Shown piece by piece: positions 1-9,253 of a DNA stretch of 64,000 bases; the stretch's first letter is position 1, and each line of letters opens with the position of its first letter. The DNA is from Alphaproteobacteria bacterium (GTDB lineage: Bacteria > Pseudomonadota > Alphaproteobacteria > MPNO01): positions 540,844 through 604,843 of the forward strand of contig OZ251446.1 of NCBI GenBank assembly GCA_965242495.1, written 5' to 3'. Position numbers and translations under genes: made by a program. The notes under the pieces are model-generated. The model was not told the origin of the DNA and ran no database searches. It saw only the letters and a list, made by a program, of their open reading frames with translations.

Positions 1-1511
1 ACGCCCGCGCGCGCGACCTGCTGGTGGGGCTCGCCCCCGCCATCCTGGAGACGTTCGCGGCTTCGCCCGATCCGGAAGCCGCGCTGTCGCGCTTCGACGG
101 GTTCCTCGCCCGCCTGCCCCACGGCGTGCAGCTGTTCTCGCTGTTCGCCGCCCGCCCCGAACTGTTCCGGCTGGTGGCCGAGATCATGGCGTCCGCGCCG
201 CGGCTCGCGCAGCGGCTGGGCGACCATCCGGCGCTGCTCGACAGCGTGCTCAGCCGCGACTTCGCCGACCTGGAGCTGCCGGACGATCTGGGGCTGGACG
301 ACGAGCTGGCCGATACCGCGCGGCGCGGCCTGGTGCGGCTGTTCTACGCCCGCGAGTTCGGCATCGAGGAAATGCAGGCCGAGCTCGCGTCCCTCGCCGA
401 CGGGGCGCGGGACGTGCAGGACTTCCTCGACGCCGCGCGGCGCTGGGCCAACGACCGGAGCTTTCAGATCGGCGTCCACATGCTGCGGGGCTTCCTCACG
501 CCGGTCGAGGCCGCCCGCCCGCTGTCCGACATCGCCGACGCCTGTCTCCGCGCCCTGCTGCCGGCCATCGCCGACGACCTGGCGGCGGCGCATGGCCGCC
601 CGCCGGGCGGCCGGGCGGCGCTGGCGGCCCTGGGCGAGCTGGGCGGCCGCGAGACGACGCCGGGCGCGGCGCTCGATCTGACGCTGATCTACGACTGCGA
701 CCCCGGCGCCGGCGAGTCCGACGGCGCGAGTCCGCTGACCCCGGAAGCCTGGTACGCGGAACTGTTCCGGCGTCTGGTCGATGCGGTCTCGGCGCAGACC
801 GGCGAGGGCCGGCTGTACGAAGTCCGCGTTCCGCCCGGCCCGGACGACGACGGCGAGCCCGCCGCCCGGTCGCTGGCGGCGTTCGCCGCGCAGGCCGAGG
901 CCGCCGAGGGCTGGGGTCCGGCGCTCAGGGATCTCGCCCGGGCGCGGGTGGTCTATGCCGAAAGCGATCCGGGCGCCGAAAGCGATCTGGGCGAGCGCAT
1001 TGAGGCGATCCGGCAGGCGGCGCTGTCGCGGCCGCGCGCGCGCGCGGCTTTGGCCGGGGAGATCGTCGCGATGCGCGAGGACCTGCAAGACGCGGCGGCG
1101 ACCGACGATCCCTGGTCGGTCGAGCGGATGCCGGGCGGGCTGCTGGACGCCGAGCTGATCGCCCGTTTCGTGCAGCTGGCCGGTGGCGGACGGACGGACG
1201 GCGCTCCGGTCCGCGATCCGGTCGCCGTCTTCGAGGCCGCGCGCGAGCGCGGACGGATGGACGCCGACGCCGCGGACGAGCTGATCGAAGCCGTGACGCT
1301 GTGGCGCAACATGCGCGGCGTCCTGCGTCTGACCGTCGAGGGGACGCCGACCGGGGAGGACGCGACGCCGGCCCTCAAGGCCGTCATGGGGCGATCCTGC
1401 GGCGCGCTGGTCTTCGAGTCGTTCGACGAGACGGTGCGCGACGTGGCGGCGCGCGCCGCGGCGCATTTCGACTCGCTGGTCGGAAAGGAGGCGCGGGGAA
1501 CGCCCCGATGA
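1..1511 (+). CDS. glnE: glutamine synthetase adenylyltransferase/adenylyl-removing enzyme GlnE, C-terminal portion; the 5-prime end lies outside the window
   Basis: The ORF is open to the window edge (track 24..1511). The translation carries GlnE-family signatures (…GVQLFSLFAARPELFRLVAEIMASAPRLAQRLGDHPALLDSVL… and a GlnE-like C-terminal domain). Its TGA at 1509-1511 overlaps the glmU ATG (ATGA). Confidence 0.7.
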   Translation, partial: ARARDLLVGLAPAILETFAASPDPEAALSRFDGFLARLPHGVQLFSLFAARPELFRLVAEIMASAPRLAQRLGDHPALLDSVLSRDFADLELPDDLGLDDELADTARRGLVRLFYAREFGIEEMQAELASLADGARDVQDFLDAARRWANDRSFQIGVHMLRGFLTPVEAARPLSDIADACLRALLPAIADDLAAAHGRPPGGRAALAALGELGGRETTPGAALDLTLIYDCDPGAGESDGASPLTPEAWYAELFRRLVDAVSAQTGEGRLYEVRVPPGPDDDGEPAARSLAAFAAQAEAAEGWGPALRDLARARVVYAESDPGAESDLGERIEAIRQAALSRPRARAALAGEIVAMREDLQDAAATDDPWSVERMPGGLLDAELIARFVQLAGGGRTDGAPVRDPVAVFEAARERGRMDADAADELIEAVTLWRNMRGVLRLTVEGTPTGEDATPALKAVMGRSCGALVFESFDETVRDVAARAAAHFDSLVGKEARGTPR

Positions 1512-2854
1512 TCGCCGCCATCGTGCTCGCCGCGGGCAAGGGCGTCCGCATGAAATCCGCTTTGCCCAAGGTGCTGCATCCGGTCGCGGGGCGGCCGATG
1601 ATCGCCCACGTCATGGACCGGTTGCGCGATCTCGCCCCGGAGCGGATGGCGGTGGTGATCGGGCCCGGGATGGCCGAGGTCGCCCGCGCCGTCCGCCCGG
1701 CGGCGACCGTCGTGCAGGACCGGCCCTTGGGGACCGCCCATGCCGCGGCCTGCGCGCGCGAAGCGATGGCGGGTTTCCGGGGCGACGTGCTGATCGTGTT
1801 CGGCGATACGCCGCTGCTGTCGACGGCGACGCTGGAAACGGCGCTGGCGGCGCGGCGCGGCGGCGAGGCGCCGGCGGTCGCGGCGCTTGGCTTTACGCCC
1901 GCCGATCCGGCCGGGTACGGGCGCATGGTCCTGGGCCGGGACGGGTCGTTGGAAGCGATCGTCGAGGATCGCGACGCATCGCCCGGCCAGCGCGCCATCG
2001 GCCTGTGCAACGCCGGCGTCATGGCGGTCGCGGGCGAGCATCTGTTCGGGCTGCTGGCGGCGGTCGAGGCGACCGGGGCCGCCAACGCCGCGGGCGAATA
2101 CTACCTCACCGACATCGTCGCCGCGGCCAGGGCGCGCGGCCTCGCCTGCGCCGCGGTCGAGGCGGCGGACGGCGACGACGTCCGGGGCGTGAACACCCGC
2201 GCCGAGCTGGCCGCGGCGGAGGCGATCATGCAGGCGCGCCTGCGCCGGGCGGCGATGGCCGGCGGGGCCACGCTGCCGGATCCGGATACGGTCTATTTCA
2301 GCTACGACACCGAGCTCGGGCGCGACGTGACGGTGGGGCCCCAGGTGGTGTTCGGCGGCGGCGTCACCGTGGGCGACGGGGCGGAGATCCGCGCGTTCAG
2401 CCATATCGACGGGGCGGAGATCGAGGCCGGCGCGGTCGTCGGGCCGTTCGCGCGTCTCCGCCCCGGGACCCGGATCGGGCGCGGCGCCCAGGTCGGCAAT
2501 TTCGTCGAGGTCAAGGCGGCCGAGATCGAGGCCGGCGCCAAGGCGAACCATCTGAGCTATATCGGCGACGCCCGGGTCGGGGAGGGGGCGAACGTCGGCG
2601 CCGGGGCGATCACCTGCAACTATGACGGCTTCGCCAAGTCGCGCACCGAGATCGGCGCGGGCGCGTTCATCGGCTCCAACGCCTCCCTCATCGCCCCGCT
2701 GTCGGTCGGCGCGGGCGCCATCGTCGGGGCCGGCAGCGTGATTACCGCCGACGTGCCGGCCGATGCGCTCGCCGTCGAACGGAACGGGCAGCGGGTGAAA
2801 CCCGGCTGGGCGGCGGCCTATCGGTCGCGCAGGCGGGCCGGGCCGGCGGGTTGA
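1508..2854 (+). CDS. glmU: bifunctional UDP-N-acetylglucosamine pyrophosphorylase / glucosamine-1-phosphate N-acetyltransferase
   Basis: An in-frame ATG at 1508 (MIAAIVLAAGKGVRMKSALPKVLHPVAGRPM…) gives the N-terminal nucleotidyltransferase motif LAAGKGTRM. The C-terminal half has left-handed beta-helix hexapeptide repeats. The upstream 69 codons of track ORF 1301..2854 overlap glnE and are not used. Confidence 0.9.
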   Translation: MIAAIVLAAGKGVRMKSALPKVLHPVAGRPMIAHVMDRLRDLAPERMAVVIGPGMAEVARAVRPAATVVQDRPLGTAHAAACAREAMAGFRGDVLIVFGDTPLLSTATLETALAARRGGEAPAVAALGFTPADPAGYGRMVLGRDGSLEAIVEDRDASPGQRAIGLCNAGVMAVAGEHLFGLLAAVEATGAANAAGEYYLTDIVAAARARGLACAAVEAADGDDVRGVNTRAELAAAEAIMQARLRRAAMAGGATLPDPDTVYFSYDTELGRDVTVGPQVVFGGGVTVGDGAEIRAFSHIDGAEIEAGAVVGPFARLRPGTRIGRGAQVGNFVEVKAAEIEAGAKANHLSYIGDARVGEGANVGAGAITCNYDGFAKSRTEIGAGAFIGSNASLIAPLSVGAGAIVGAGSVITADVPADALAVERNGQRVKPGWAAAYRSRRRAGPAG

Positions 2855-2860
2855 CGCCGG

Positions 2861-4681
2861 ATGTGCGGGATCATCGGCGTCGTCGGCGAGCGGGAGGCCG
2901 CCCCGCTGCTGATCGACGGGCTGCGGCGGCTGGAATACCGGGGCTACGATTCCGCCGGCATCGCGACGCTCCGCGACGGGGTCGTCGAGCGCCGCCGCGC
3001 CGAGGGCAAGCTCGCCGGGCTCGAGGCCCTGCTGGCGGCGGAGCCGGCCGCCGGCGCGATCGGCATCGGCCATACCCGTTGGGCCACCCATGGCCCGCCC
3101 AGCCGGACCAACGCCCATCCGCACGCCGACGACCGCGTCGTCCTGGTGCATAACGGCATCGTCGAGAACTTCCAGGCGTTGCGCCGCGAGCTCGAGGCGG
3201 CCGGGCATCGCTTCGAGACCGAGACCGACAGCGAGGCCGTGGTCCATCTCGTCAGCCGCTATCTGCGCCGGGGGCGGACCCCGCAGGAGGCCGTCGCCGC
3301 GGCGCTGGGGCGGCTCGAGGGCGCGTTCGCCCTGGCGATCCTGTTCGCCGGGCGGGGCGATCTGATGATCGGGGCGCGGCGCGGGAGCCCGCTCGCGGTC
3401 GGCTATGGCGAGGGCGAGACGTATCTGGGTTCGGACGCGCTGGCCCTGGCGCCTCTGACCCGGCGAATCTGCTATCTGGAGGACGGCGACTGGGTGGAGG
3501 TCACGACCGCGGGGGCCGTGATCCACGACGGCTCCGGCGCGGTGGTCGAGCGCCCGGTCCGGCGGACCGAGGCGTCGGGGGCGCCGGTCGGCAAGGGGAA
3601 TTATCCCCATTTCATGCTCAAGGAGATCCACGAACAGCCCGCAGTCATCGGCGAGACGCTGCACAGCGTGCTGGATCCGTGGAGCGAAACCGCGACCCTG
3701 CCGGCGGCGCTCGATCCCGAACGGCTGGCCAAGGTCACGATCGTCGCCTGCGGCACCTCCTATCACGCCGGGCAGGTCGCCAAGTACTGGCTGGAGCGGA
3801 TCGCGCGGGCGGCGGTCGAGGCGGACATCGCGTCGGAGTTCCGCTACCGCGACGCGGTGATGCCGCCGGGCGGGACGGCGCTGTTCATCTCGCAGTCGGG
3901 TGAGACCGCGGACACGCTGGCGGCGCTTCGCCATGCGCGGGCGCGCGGCCAGTACGCGATCTCGATCGTCAACGTCGCCGAGAGCTCGATGGCCCGCGAG
4001 TCGGACCTGGCGCTGCGCACCCGGGCCGGACCCGAGATCGGCGTCGCCTCGACCAAGGCGTTCACGACGCAGCTGGCCATGCTCGCCTGCCTGACGATCG
4101 CGGTGGCGGCGCGGCGCGGCGCGATCGACCGCGCGCGCGAGGCCGAGCTGTGCCGGGGGCTCACCGAACTGCCGTCCCGCGTCAACGAGGTGCTCGTCCG
4201 CGACCGGCGGATCGCCGACCTCGCGCGCGAGATCGCCGAGGCGCGCGACGTGCTCTATCTCGGCCGCGGGACCGGCTACCCGATCGCCCTGGAGGGCGCG
4301 CTCAAGCTGAAGGAGATCTCCTACATCCACGCCGAGGGGTACGCCGCGGGCGAGATGAAGCACGGCCCGATCGCGCTGGTCGACGAGACCGTGCCGGTGA
4401 TCGCGATCGCGCCGCCCGACGATCTGTTCGACAAGACCGCCTCGAACCTGCGGGAGGTCGCCGCCCGCGGCGGGCGGGTGATCGTGCTGTCGGACGCGGA
4501 GGGGATCGAGAGACTCGCCGACGTCGCCGCCGCGACGATCGAACTGCCGTCGGCCCATCCGCTGGCGGCGCCGATCCTCTACGCCGTCCCGGCGCAGCTG
4601 CTGGCCTATCACGCCGCCGTCGCCAGGGGCGCCGACGTCGACCAGCCGCGCAACCTCGCCAAGTCGGTGACCGTGGAGTAG
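2861..4681 (+). CDS. glmS: glutamine--fructose-6-phosphate aminotransferase (isomerizing)
   Basis: 606 aa. The N-terminus is MCGIIGVV with a Cys2 amidotransferase nucleophile, followed by two SIS domains. It sits immediately downstream of glmU in the classical glmUS arrangement. Confidence 0.95.
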   Translation: MCGIIGVVGEREAAPLLIDGLRRLEYRGYDSAGIATLRDGVVERRRAEGKLAGLEALLAAEPAAGAIGIGHTRWATHGPPSRTNAHPHADDRVVLVHNGIVENFQALRRELEAAGHRFETETDSEAVVHLVSRYLRRGRTPQEAVAAALGRLEGAFALAILFAGRGDLMIGARRGSPLAVGYGEGETYLGSDALALAPLTRRICYLEDGDWVEVTTAGAVIHDGSGAVVERPVRRTEASGAPVGKGNYPHFMLKEIHEQPAVIGETLHSVLDPWSETATLPAALDPERLAKVTIVACGTSYHAGQVAKYWLERIARAAVEADIASEFRYRDAVMPPGGTALFISQSGETADTLAALRHARARGQYAISIVNVAESSMARESDLALRTRAGPEIGVASTKAFTTQLAMLACLTIAVAARRGAIDRAREAELCRGLTELPSRVNEVLVRDRRIADLAREIAEARDVLYLGRGTGYPIALEGALKLKEISYIHAEGYAAGEMKHGPIALVDETVPVIAIAPPDDLFDKTASNLREVAARGGRVIVLSDAEGIERLADVAAATIELPSAHPLAAPILYAVPAQLLAYHAAVARGADVDQPRNLAKSVTVE

Positions 4682-4754
4682 TAGCGGGGGCGCAGCGGGG
4701 GCGTAACGGCGCCGGGGAAGCGACGGAACGGCGCGGAACGGGGAGGATTCGGTC

Positions 4755-5705
4755 ATGCCGCAAGCCGTGGTCTATCTCGACGGCGCGTTCTTGCCCGAGA
4801 GCGAGGCGCGAATATCGGTGTTCGACCTGGGGTTCACCAGCGGCGATGCGGTCTACGAGGTGACGCGGACCTTCGGCCATCGCCTGTTCCGGCTCGACGC
4901 GCATGTCGACCGGCTGTTCCGGTCGCTGCGCTACGCCCGCATCGACTGCGGGCTCGACCGCGACGCGATGATCGCGGCGTCGCGCGAGACGTCGGCGCGC
5001 AATCTCGGCCGGCTGGGCGACCGGGACGACCATTCCCTGTGGCACGTCGTGAGCCGGGGCTCCCGCGTCGGCGGGCAAGGGGCCACGCTGGCGATCTTCT
5101 GCCTGCCGGTCGAGTTCGACGAGTTCGCCCGCGAATACGTCGAGGGCGTGACGCTGGTGACGCCGGCGACCCGGCGCATCCCGCCGCAGAGCCTGGAGGC
5201 CAAGGCCAAGATCGCCAACAAGATGAACCACAAGATCGCGGTCTTCGAGGCGCGGCAGGCCGATCCCCGGGCCACGCCGCTGATGCTCGACATCGACGGC
5301 AACGTAAGCGAGACCGACCGGGCGAACTTCTTCTTCGTCCGGGACGGCGCGCTGTTCACCTCCACCGCCCGCAACGTGTTGGGCGGCATCACCCGCGAGG
5401 CGGCGATCGAACTCGCGGGCGAACTCGGCATCGAGGTCAACGAGGGCGACTTCACGCCCTACGACGTCTACAACGCCGAGGAGGCCTTCACCACCGGGAC
5501 CAGCGCCACCGTGGCCCCGGTCGGGGCGCTCAACGGGCTGCGGATCGGCGCCGCCTTGCCCGGTCCGGTGACGATGCGGCTGATCCGCGCCTTCAACGAT
5601 CTGTTCGGCTTCGACTACGTGGCCCAGGCGCTCGACCATCTGGGCGACAACGAGCGCGGCGCGCTGCTGTCGGCCTGGCGGGAGCGGCTGGCGGACCGGA
5701 CGTAG
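4755..5705 (+). CDS. class IV aminotransferase (branched-chain amino acid / D-amino acid aminotransferase family)
   Basis: 316 aa: MPQAVVYLDGAFLPESEARISVFDLGFTSGDAVYEV…, a fold-type IV PLP enzyme pattern. GGAGGA lies 6 nt upstream of the ATG. Confidence 0.8.
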   Translation: MPQAVVYLDGAFLPESEARISVFDLGFTSGDAVYEVTRTFGHRLFRLDAHVDRLFRSLRYARIDCGLDRDAMIAASRETSARNLGRLGDRDDHSLWHVVSRGSRVGGQGATLAIFCLPVEFDEFAREYVEGVTLVTPATRRIPPQSLEAKAKIANKMNHKIAVFEARQADPRATPLMLDIDGNVSETDRANFFFVRDGALFTSTARNVLGGITREAAIELAGELGIEVNEGDFTPYDVYNAEEAFTTGTSATVAPVGALNGLRIGAALPGPVTMRLIRAFNDLFGFDYVAQALDHLGDNERGALLSAWRERLADRT

Positions 5706-5722
5706 CGGGCGCGTCCGGCGGC

Positions 5723-7414
5723 TCAGACGTAATACACCACCAGCAGCCCGCCCAGCATCACCGCCACCCACAGCGCCGTCGAGCCGGTCGGCCAGCTCCG
5801 CGCCAGGGCGCCCTGCGGGCCGTGATGGCGGTAGAGGCCCGCGATCAGCCGGTCGAGGCCCAGCCGCAGCTCTTCGAGGACGCCGAGATATCCCGGCCAG
5901 ACGACGCCGGACCACAGGCGCAGCAGCCGCGGCGGCAGCCGGCGATAGGTCCAGTCGAAATCGAGGTTGGTCGAGCGCATCTCCGGCGGGTAGATGCGGT
6001 AGCGCATCAGCACCGAGAAGGCGAGGGCCGAGAACATCAGCAGCTGCAGCTGGCCGATGACGTGGCTCGTCGTATAGGGCCGGTAGTCGACGTCGTAGGG
6101 CAGCAGGCCGTAGAGCCAGGGCGAATGGACGCCGAGCCCGATGCAGAGCGCCGCGGTCAGCCCCATGGCGATGCGCATGTTCCACGGCGCTTCCCGGCAG
6201 CGGCGGCCCGAGTCGTGGGCGAAGAAGGCGAAGAACGGGATCTTTATGCCCGAATGATGAAAGACTCCGGCGGAGGCGAACATCAACACCAGCCAGACGA
6301 TCAGATGGCCGTCATGGGCGGCCGCCGACAAGGTGAGCGACTTGGCGACGAAGCCGCTGAACAGCGGAAAGGCGGAGATCGACGCCGCCCCGACGATGCA
6401 ACAGGCGGCGGTGAACGGCATCGATTTGTACAGCCCGCCGAGATCCGTGCCCCTGATGGTTCCGGTGCGGAACAGCACCGCCCCCATCGACATGAACAGG
6501 AGCGCCTTGTACAGGATATGCGCGAAGGCGTGGCCGGCGGCGCCGTTGAGCGCCATCGGCGTGCCGATGCCGACGCCTACGACCATGAAGCCCAGCTGGT
6601 TGTTGAGGCTGTAGGCCAGCACGCGCCGCAGATCGTTCTCGATCACCGCGTAGAAGATCGGGAAGGCGGTCATGACCGCGCCGACATAGATCAGCAGCTC
6701 GGTACCCGGATAGCCGCGCGCCAGGGCGTAGACGGCCGTCTTGGTGGTGAACGCGCTGAGGAAGACGGTCCCGGTGACGGTGGCCTCGGGATAGGCGTCC
6801 TGCAGCCAGTTGTGCAGCAGCGGAAAGGCGCATTTGATCCCGAAGGCGAGGAAGATCAGCCAGCCGGCGAGGCTCCCGGTCCCGATCTTTCCGAACGCCA
6901 CCGATCCCGACTCCTGGGCCAGCAGCCCCGCCCCGGCCAGCAGCAGGACGCCGGAGCCGACCTGGATGACGAGATAGCGCATCCCGGCGCGGTAGGCCCG
7001 CTCGGTCCCGGTCGCCCAGACGAGGAACACCGACGAGACCGCCATCGCCTCCCAGTAGACGAAGAGGGTGATCAGGTCGCCGGCGAAGACGGCGCCGATG
7101 CCGCTGCCGGCGTAGACCATCGCCGCGGTCTGCTGCGCCGCGTCCTTGACGTGGAGGGCGTAGATCGCGCCCAGGAACGCCGCGACGTGGAAGATGTAGC
7201 CGAAGATCCGGCTCAGCGGGTCGATCCGCACCGGAACGAGGTCGAGGTCCAGGAAGCGGAAGGCGAGGTAGACGCCGGGATCGGTCGCGATCAGGGCCGC
7301 CAGCCCCGCGGCCGGCAAAGCGAGCAGCCAGGCGCCGCGCGCCGCCCCCCGCAGCAGCGGCGTCGCGAGCGCGCCCGCGATCAGCAGCAGTCCCGGCGGC
7401 AGGTCGAAGATCAT
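5723..7414 (-). CDS. Mrp/NuoN-type antiporter-like subunit (third NuoL/M/N-family paralog in the cluster) with an N-terminal extension
   Basis: 563 aa polytopic protein with proton-pumping antiporter family motifs (…LFVYWEAMAVSS…, …FGIKCAFPLLHNWLQDAYPEA…). Its ATG overlaps the stop of the upstream small ORF (ATGA). Confidence 0.8.
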   Translation of the reverse strand: MIFDLPPGLLLIAGALATPLLRGAARGAWLLALPAAGLAALIATDPGVYLAFRFLDLDLVPVRIDPLSRIFGYIFHVAAFLGAIYALHVKDAAQQTAAMVYAGSGIGAVFAGDLITLFVYWEAMAVSSVFLVWATGTERAYRAGMRYLVIQVGSGVLLLAGAGLLAQESGSVAFGKIGTGSLAGWLIFLAFGIKCAFPLLHNWLQDAYPEATVTGTVFLSAFTTKTAVYALARGYPGTELLIYVGAVMTAFPIFYAVIENDLRRVLAYSLNNQLGFMVVGVGIGTPMALNGAAGHAFAHILYKALLFMSMGAVLFRTGTIRGTDLGGLYKSMPFTAACCIVGAASISAFPLFSGFVAKSLTLSAAAHDGHLIVWLVLMFASAGVFHHSGIKIPFFAFFAHDSGRRCREAPWNMRIAMGLTAALCIGLGVHSPWLYGLLPYDVDYRPYTTSHVIGQLQLLMFSALAFSVLMRYRIYPPEMRSTNLDFDWTYRRLPPRLLRLWSGVVWPGYLGVLEELRLGLDRLIAGLYRHHGPQGALARSWPTGSTALWVAVMLGGLLVVYYV

Positions 7415-7737
7415 TCGTCCGCGTCCCGCGGCTCCGCCGCCCGGTCGCCGTCGCGGCGGTCATCGCCATCGCCATCGCCGCCGCCGTCGCCCGGATCGTC
7501 GTAATAGTCTTCGCTGCGCATCACCAGCCGGCGCATCTCCTTGGCCGCGACGACCAGGAAGACGCAGCACACGAAGCCGTAGACGCCGTGCGCGCCGAAC
7601 ATGCGCTCGACCTCGAACTCGCCATGCTTGTGGTAGAACGCATCGGCGGCGAACAGAACGGCGCAGACCGCGACCACCGCCCAATACACCTTGTCGACGC
7701 TGCCGGGCCGGTCGAGCCAGCCTTCCTTCGAGGTCAC
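7411..7737 (-). CDS. small two-helix membrane protein with a poly-acidic Asp/Gly C-terminal tail, embedded in the mrp-like operon
   Basis: Track ORF 7411..7905 in frame. The likely start is GTG at 7735-7737, preceded by GAGGAG. It has two predicted transmembrane helices (VYWAVVAVCAVLFAADAFY, GVYGFVCCVFLVVAAK) and the tail DDPGDGGGDGDGDDRRDGDRAAEPRDADE. Its TGA overlaps the ATG of the next gene. Confidence 0.5.
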   Translation of the reverse strand: MTSKEGWLDRPGSVDKVYWAVVAVCAVLFAADAFYHKHGEFEVERMFGAHGVYGFVCCVFLVVAAKEMRRLVMRSEDYYDDPGDGGGDGDGDDRRDGDRAAEPRDADE

Positions 7738-7747
7738 GCCCGTCTCC

Positions 7748-9253
7748 TCACGGTTGCGCGATAGGAAGAAGAAATTCGTATATTTCGTTGGCGAATATGA
7801 ATAATACGATGCAGGCGAGCGCGGTGAAGCAGAGCGGCGCCACGCATAGGAACGGCGCTTCCCGGATGCCGCCCCGGTCGCCGCGGCCCCGATCGCCGTG
7901 GTCATGGACGCGGTGGGCCTCCGGCTCGGCCGGCGGCGGCAGGAAGAAGCCGCGCGCCGGGATCGGCATGAGATAGGCGACGTTGAGCAGCGAACTCGCC
8001 ATCAGCACGCCGATCAGAACCAGCTGGCCGGCGTCGATCGCGCCCAGGGCGAGATACCATTTGCTCCACGCCCCGCCCAGGGGCGGCAGCCCGGTGACGC
8101 TGAGCGCGCCGATGAGGAAGGCGAGGAAGGTGAACGGCATGCGCCGGCCGAGCCCGGCCATGCCGCCGATCTCCGTCTTGTGCGCCGCCACCATGATCGC
8201 CCCGGCGCAGAAGAACAGGGTGATCTTGCCGAAGGCGTGCATCGCGATGTGCATGGCCCCGCCGACGATGCCGAAGGTCGTGGCCATGGCCCCGCCCATG
8301 ACGACGTAGCTCAGCTGGCTGACGGTCGAATAGGCGAGCCGCGCCTTGAGATTGTCCTTGGAGAGGGCGATCAGCGACGCGACGACGATGCTGGCCCCGG
8401 CGACGTACGTCAGCCATTCGCCGGCGCCGGTTTCGCGCAGATGGTCGGCGCCGAAGACGTAGAGGATCACCTTCAGCGCCGTGAAGACGCCCGCCTTCAC
8501 CACCGCCACCGCGTGCAGCAGCGCGCTGACCGGCGTCGGCGCCACCATCGCCGCGGGCAGCCAGCGGTGCAGCGGCATCAGCGCCGCCTTGCCGATCCCG
8601 TACATGTAGAGGAACAGCAGCACGCCCAGGAGCGGCCCCTCGACCTTGCCGTCGAGGATGCCGCCGGGGCGGAAGTCGAGCGTTCCCGCTGCCTGCCAGG
8701 TCCACAGGATCGCCACCAGCTGCAACCCGATCGAGGTCGACAGCAGGATGCCGAGATAGGTCCGCGCGCCCCGCATCGCCTCCGGCGACTGATGATGCGC
8801 GACCAGCGGGTAGGTCGAGATCGTCAGCACTTCATAGGCGACGAACAGCGTCATCATGTTCCCGGCCATCGCGACCGCGAGCGCGGCGGCGACGGCGACC
8901 GCGAAGCAGACGTAGAAGCGGGTCTGGTTCGCCTCGCGATGCCCGCGCATATAGCCGATCGAATAGAAGGAGGTGACGATCCACAGAAAGGACGCGACCA
9001 GGGCGAACAGCATGCCGAGCGGTTCGAGGACGAAGCGGAAGGCGAGGCCGGGGAGGAACTCGAACAAGACGAGGGCGGGCCGGCCGCCGTCGGCGACGAC
9101 GCCCAGGAGCGGCAGCGTCGCCAGGAAGGTGACCGCGGCGGCGGCGATGGTCGCCGCCTCGCGCAGGTTGGGCCGGCGGCGAAGGGCGGCGATCGCCGCG
9201 GCGCCGACCAAGGGCGCGGCCAGGGCCACCGCCATGAGGATGGGCGGGCTCAT
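7748..9253 (-). CDS. NuoL/MrpA-type antiporter-like subunit; it carries the NuoL-like domain only, without the MrpA C-terminal MrpB-like domains
   Basis: The true start is the ATG at 9251-9253 (MSPPILMAVALAAPLVGAAAIAAL…), overlapping the upstream stop (ATGA). The 140 codons upstream in track ORF 7748..9673 overlap the preceding gene. It carries the MrpA/NuoL-like signature …AMHIAMHAFGKITLFFCAGAI…. Confidence 0.8.
   Translation of the reverse strand: MSPPILMAVALAAPLVGAAAIAALRRRPNLREAATIAAAAVTFLATLPLLGVVADGGRPALVLFEFLPGLAFRFVLEPLGMLFALVASFLWIVTSFYSIGYMRGHREANQTRFYVCFAVAVAAALAVAMAGNMMTLFVAYEVLTISTYPLVAHHQSPEAMRGARTYLGILLSTSIGLQLVAILWTWQAAGTLDFRPGGILDGKVEGPLLGVLLFLYMYGIGKAALMPLHRWLPAAMVAPTPVSALLHAVAVVKAGVFTALKVILYVFGADHLRETGAGEWLTYVAGASIVVASLIALSKDNLKARLAYSTVSQLSYVVMGGAMATTFGIVGGAMHIAMHAFGKITLFFCAGAIMVAAHKTEIGGMAGLGRRMPFTFLAFLIGALSVTGLPPLGGAWSKWYLALGAIDAGQLVLIGVLMASSLLNVAYLMPIPARGFFLPPPAEPEAHRVHDHGDRGRGDRGGIREAPFLCVAPLCFTALACIVLFIFANEIYEFLLPIAQP

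Noticed and set aside
953-4756. A 1267-aa minus-strand ORF spanning glnE-glmU-glmS antisense. Many other long ORFs in alternative frames or strands are similar, for example 5039..7504 +, 6312..7475 -, 14768..16189 +, 15619..17766 +, 19408..21036 -, 20634..22127 +, 44313..46460 +, 48045..49889 +, 50828..52027 +, 55839..57791 + and 61525..62961 +.
   Set aside because: These are typical high-GC artifacts. Stop codons are rare in off-frames. The translations are Arg/Pro/Gly/Ala-rich low-complexity sequence. Each overlaps a gene with strong family signatures on the other frame or strand.
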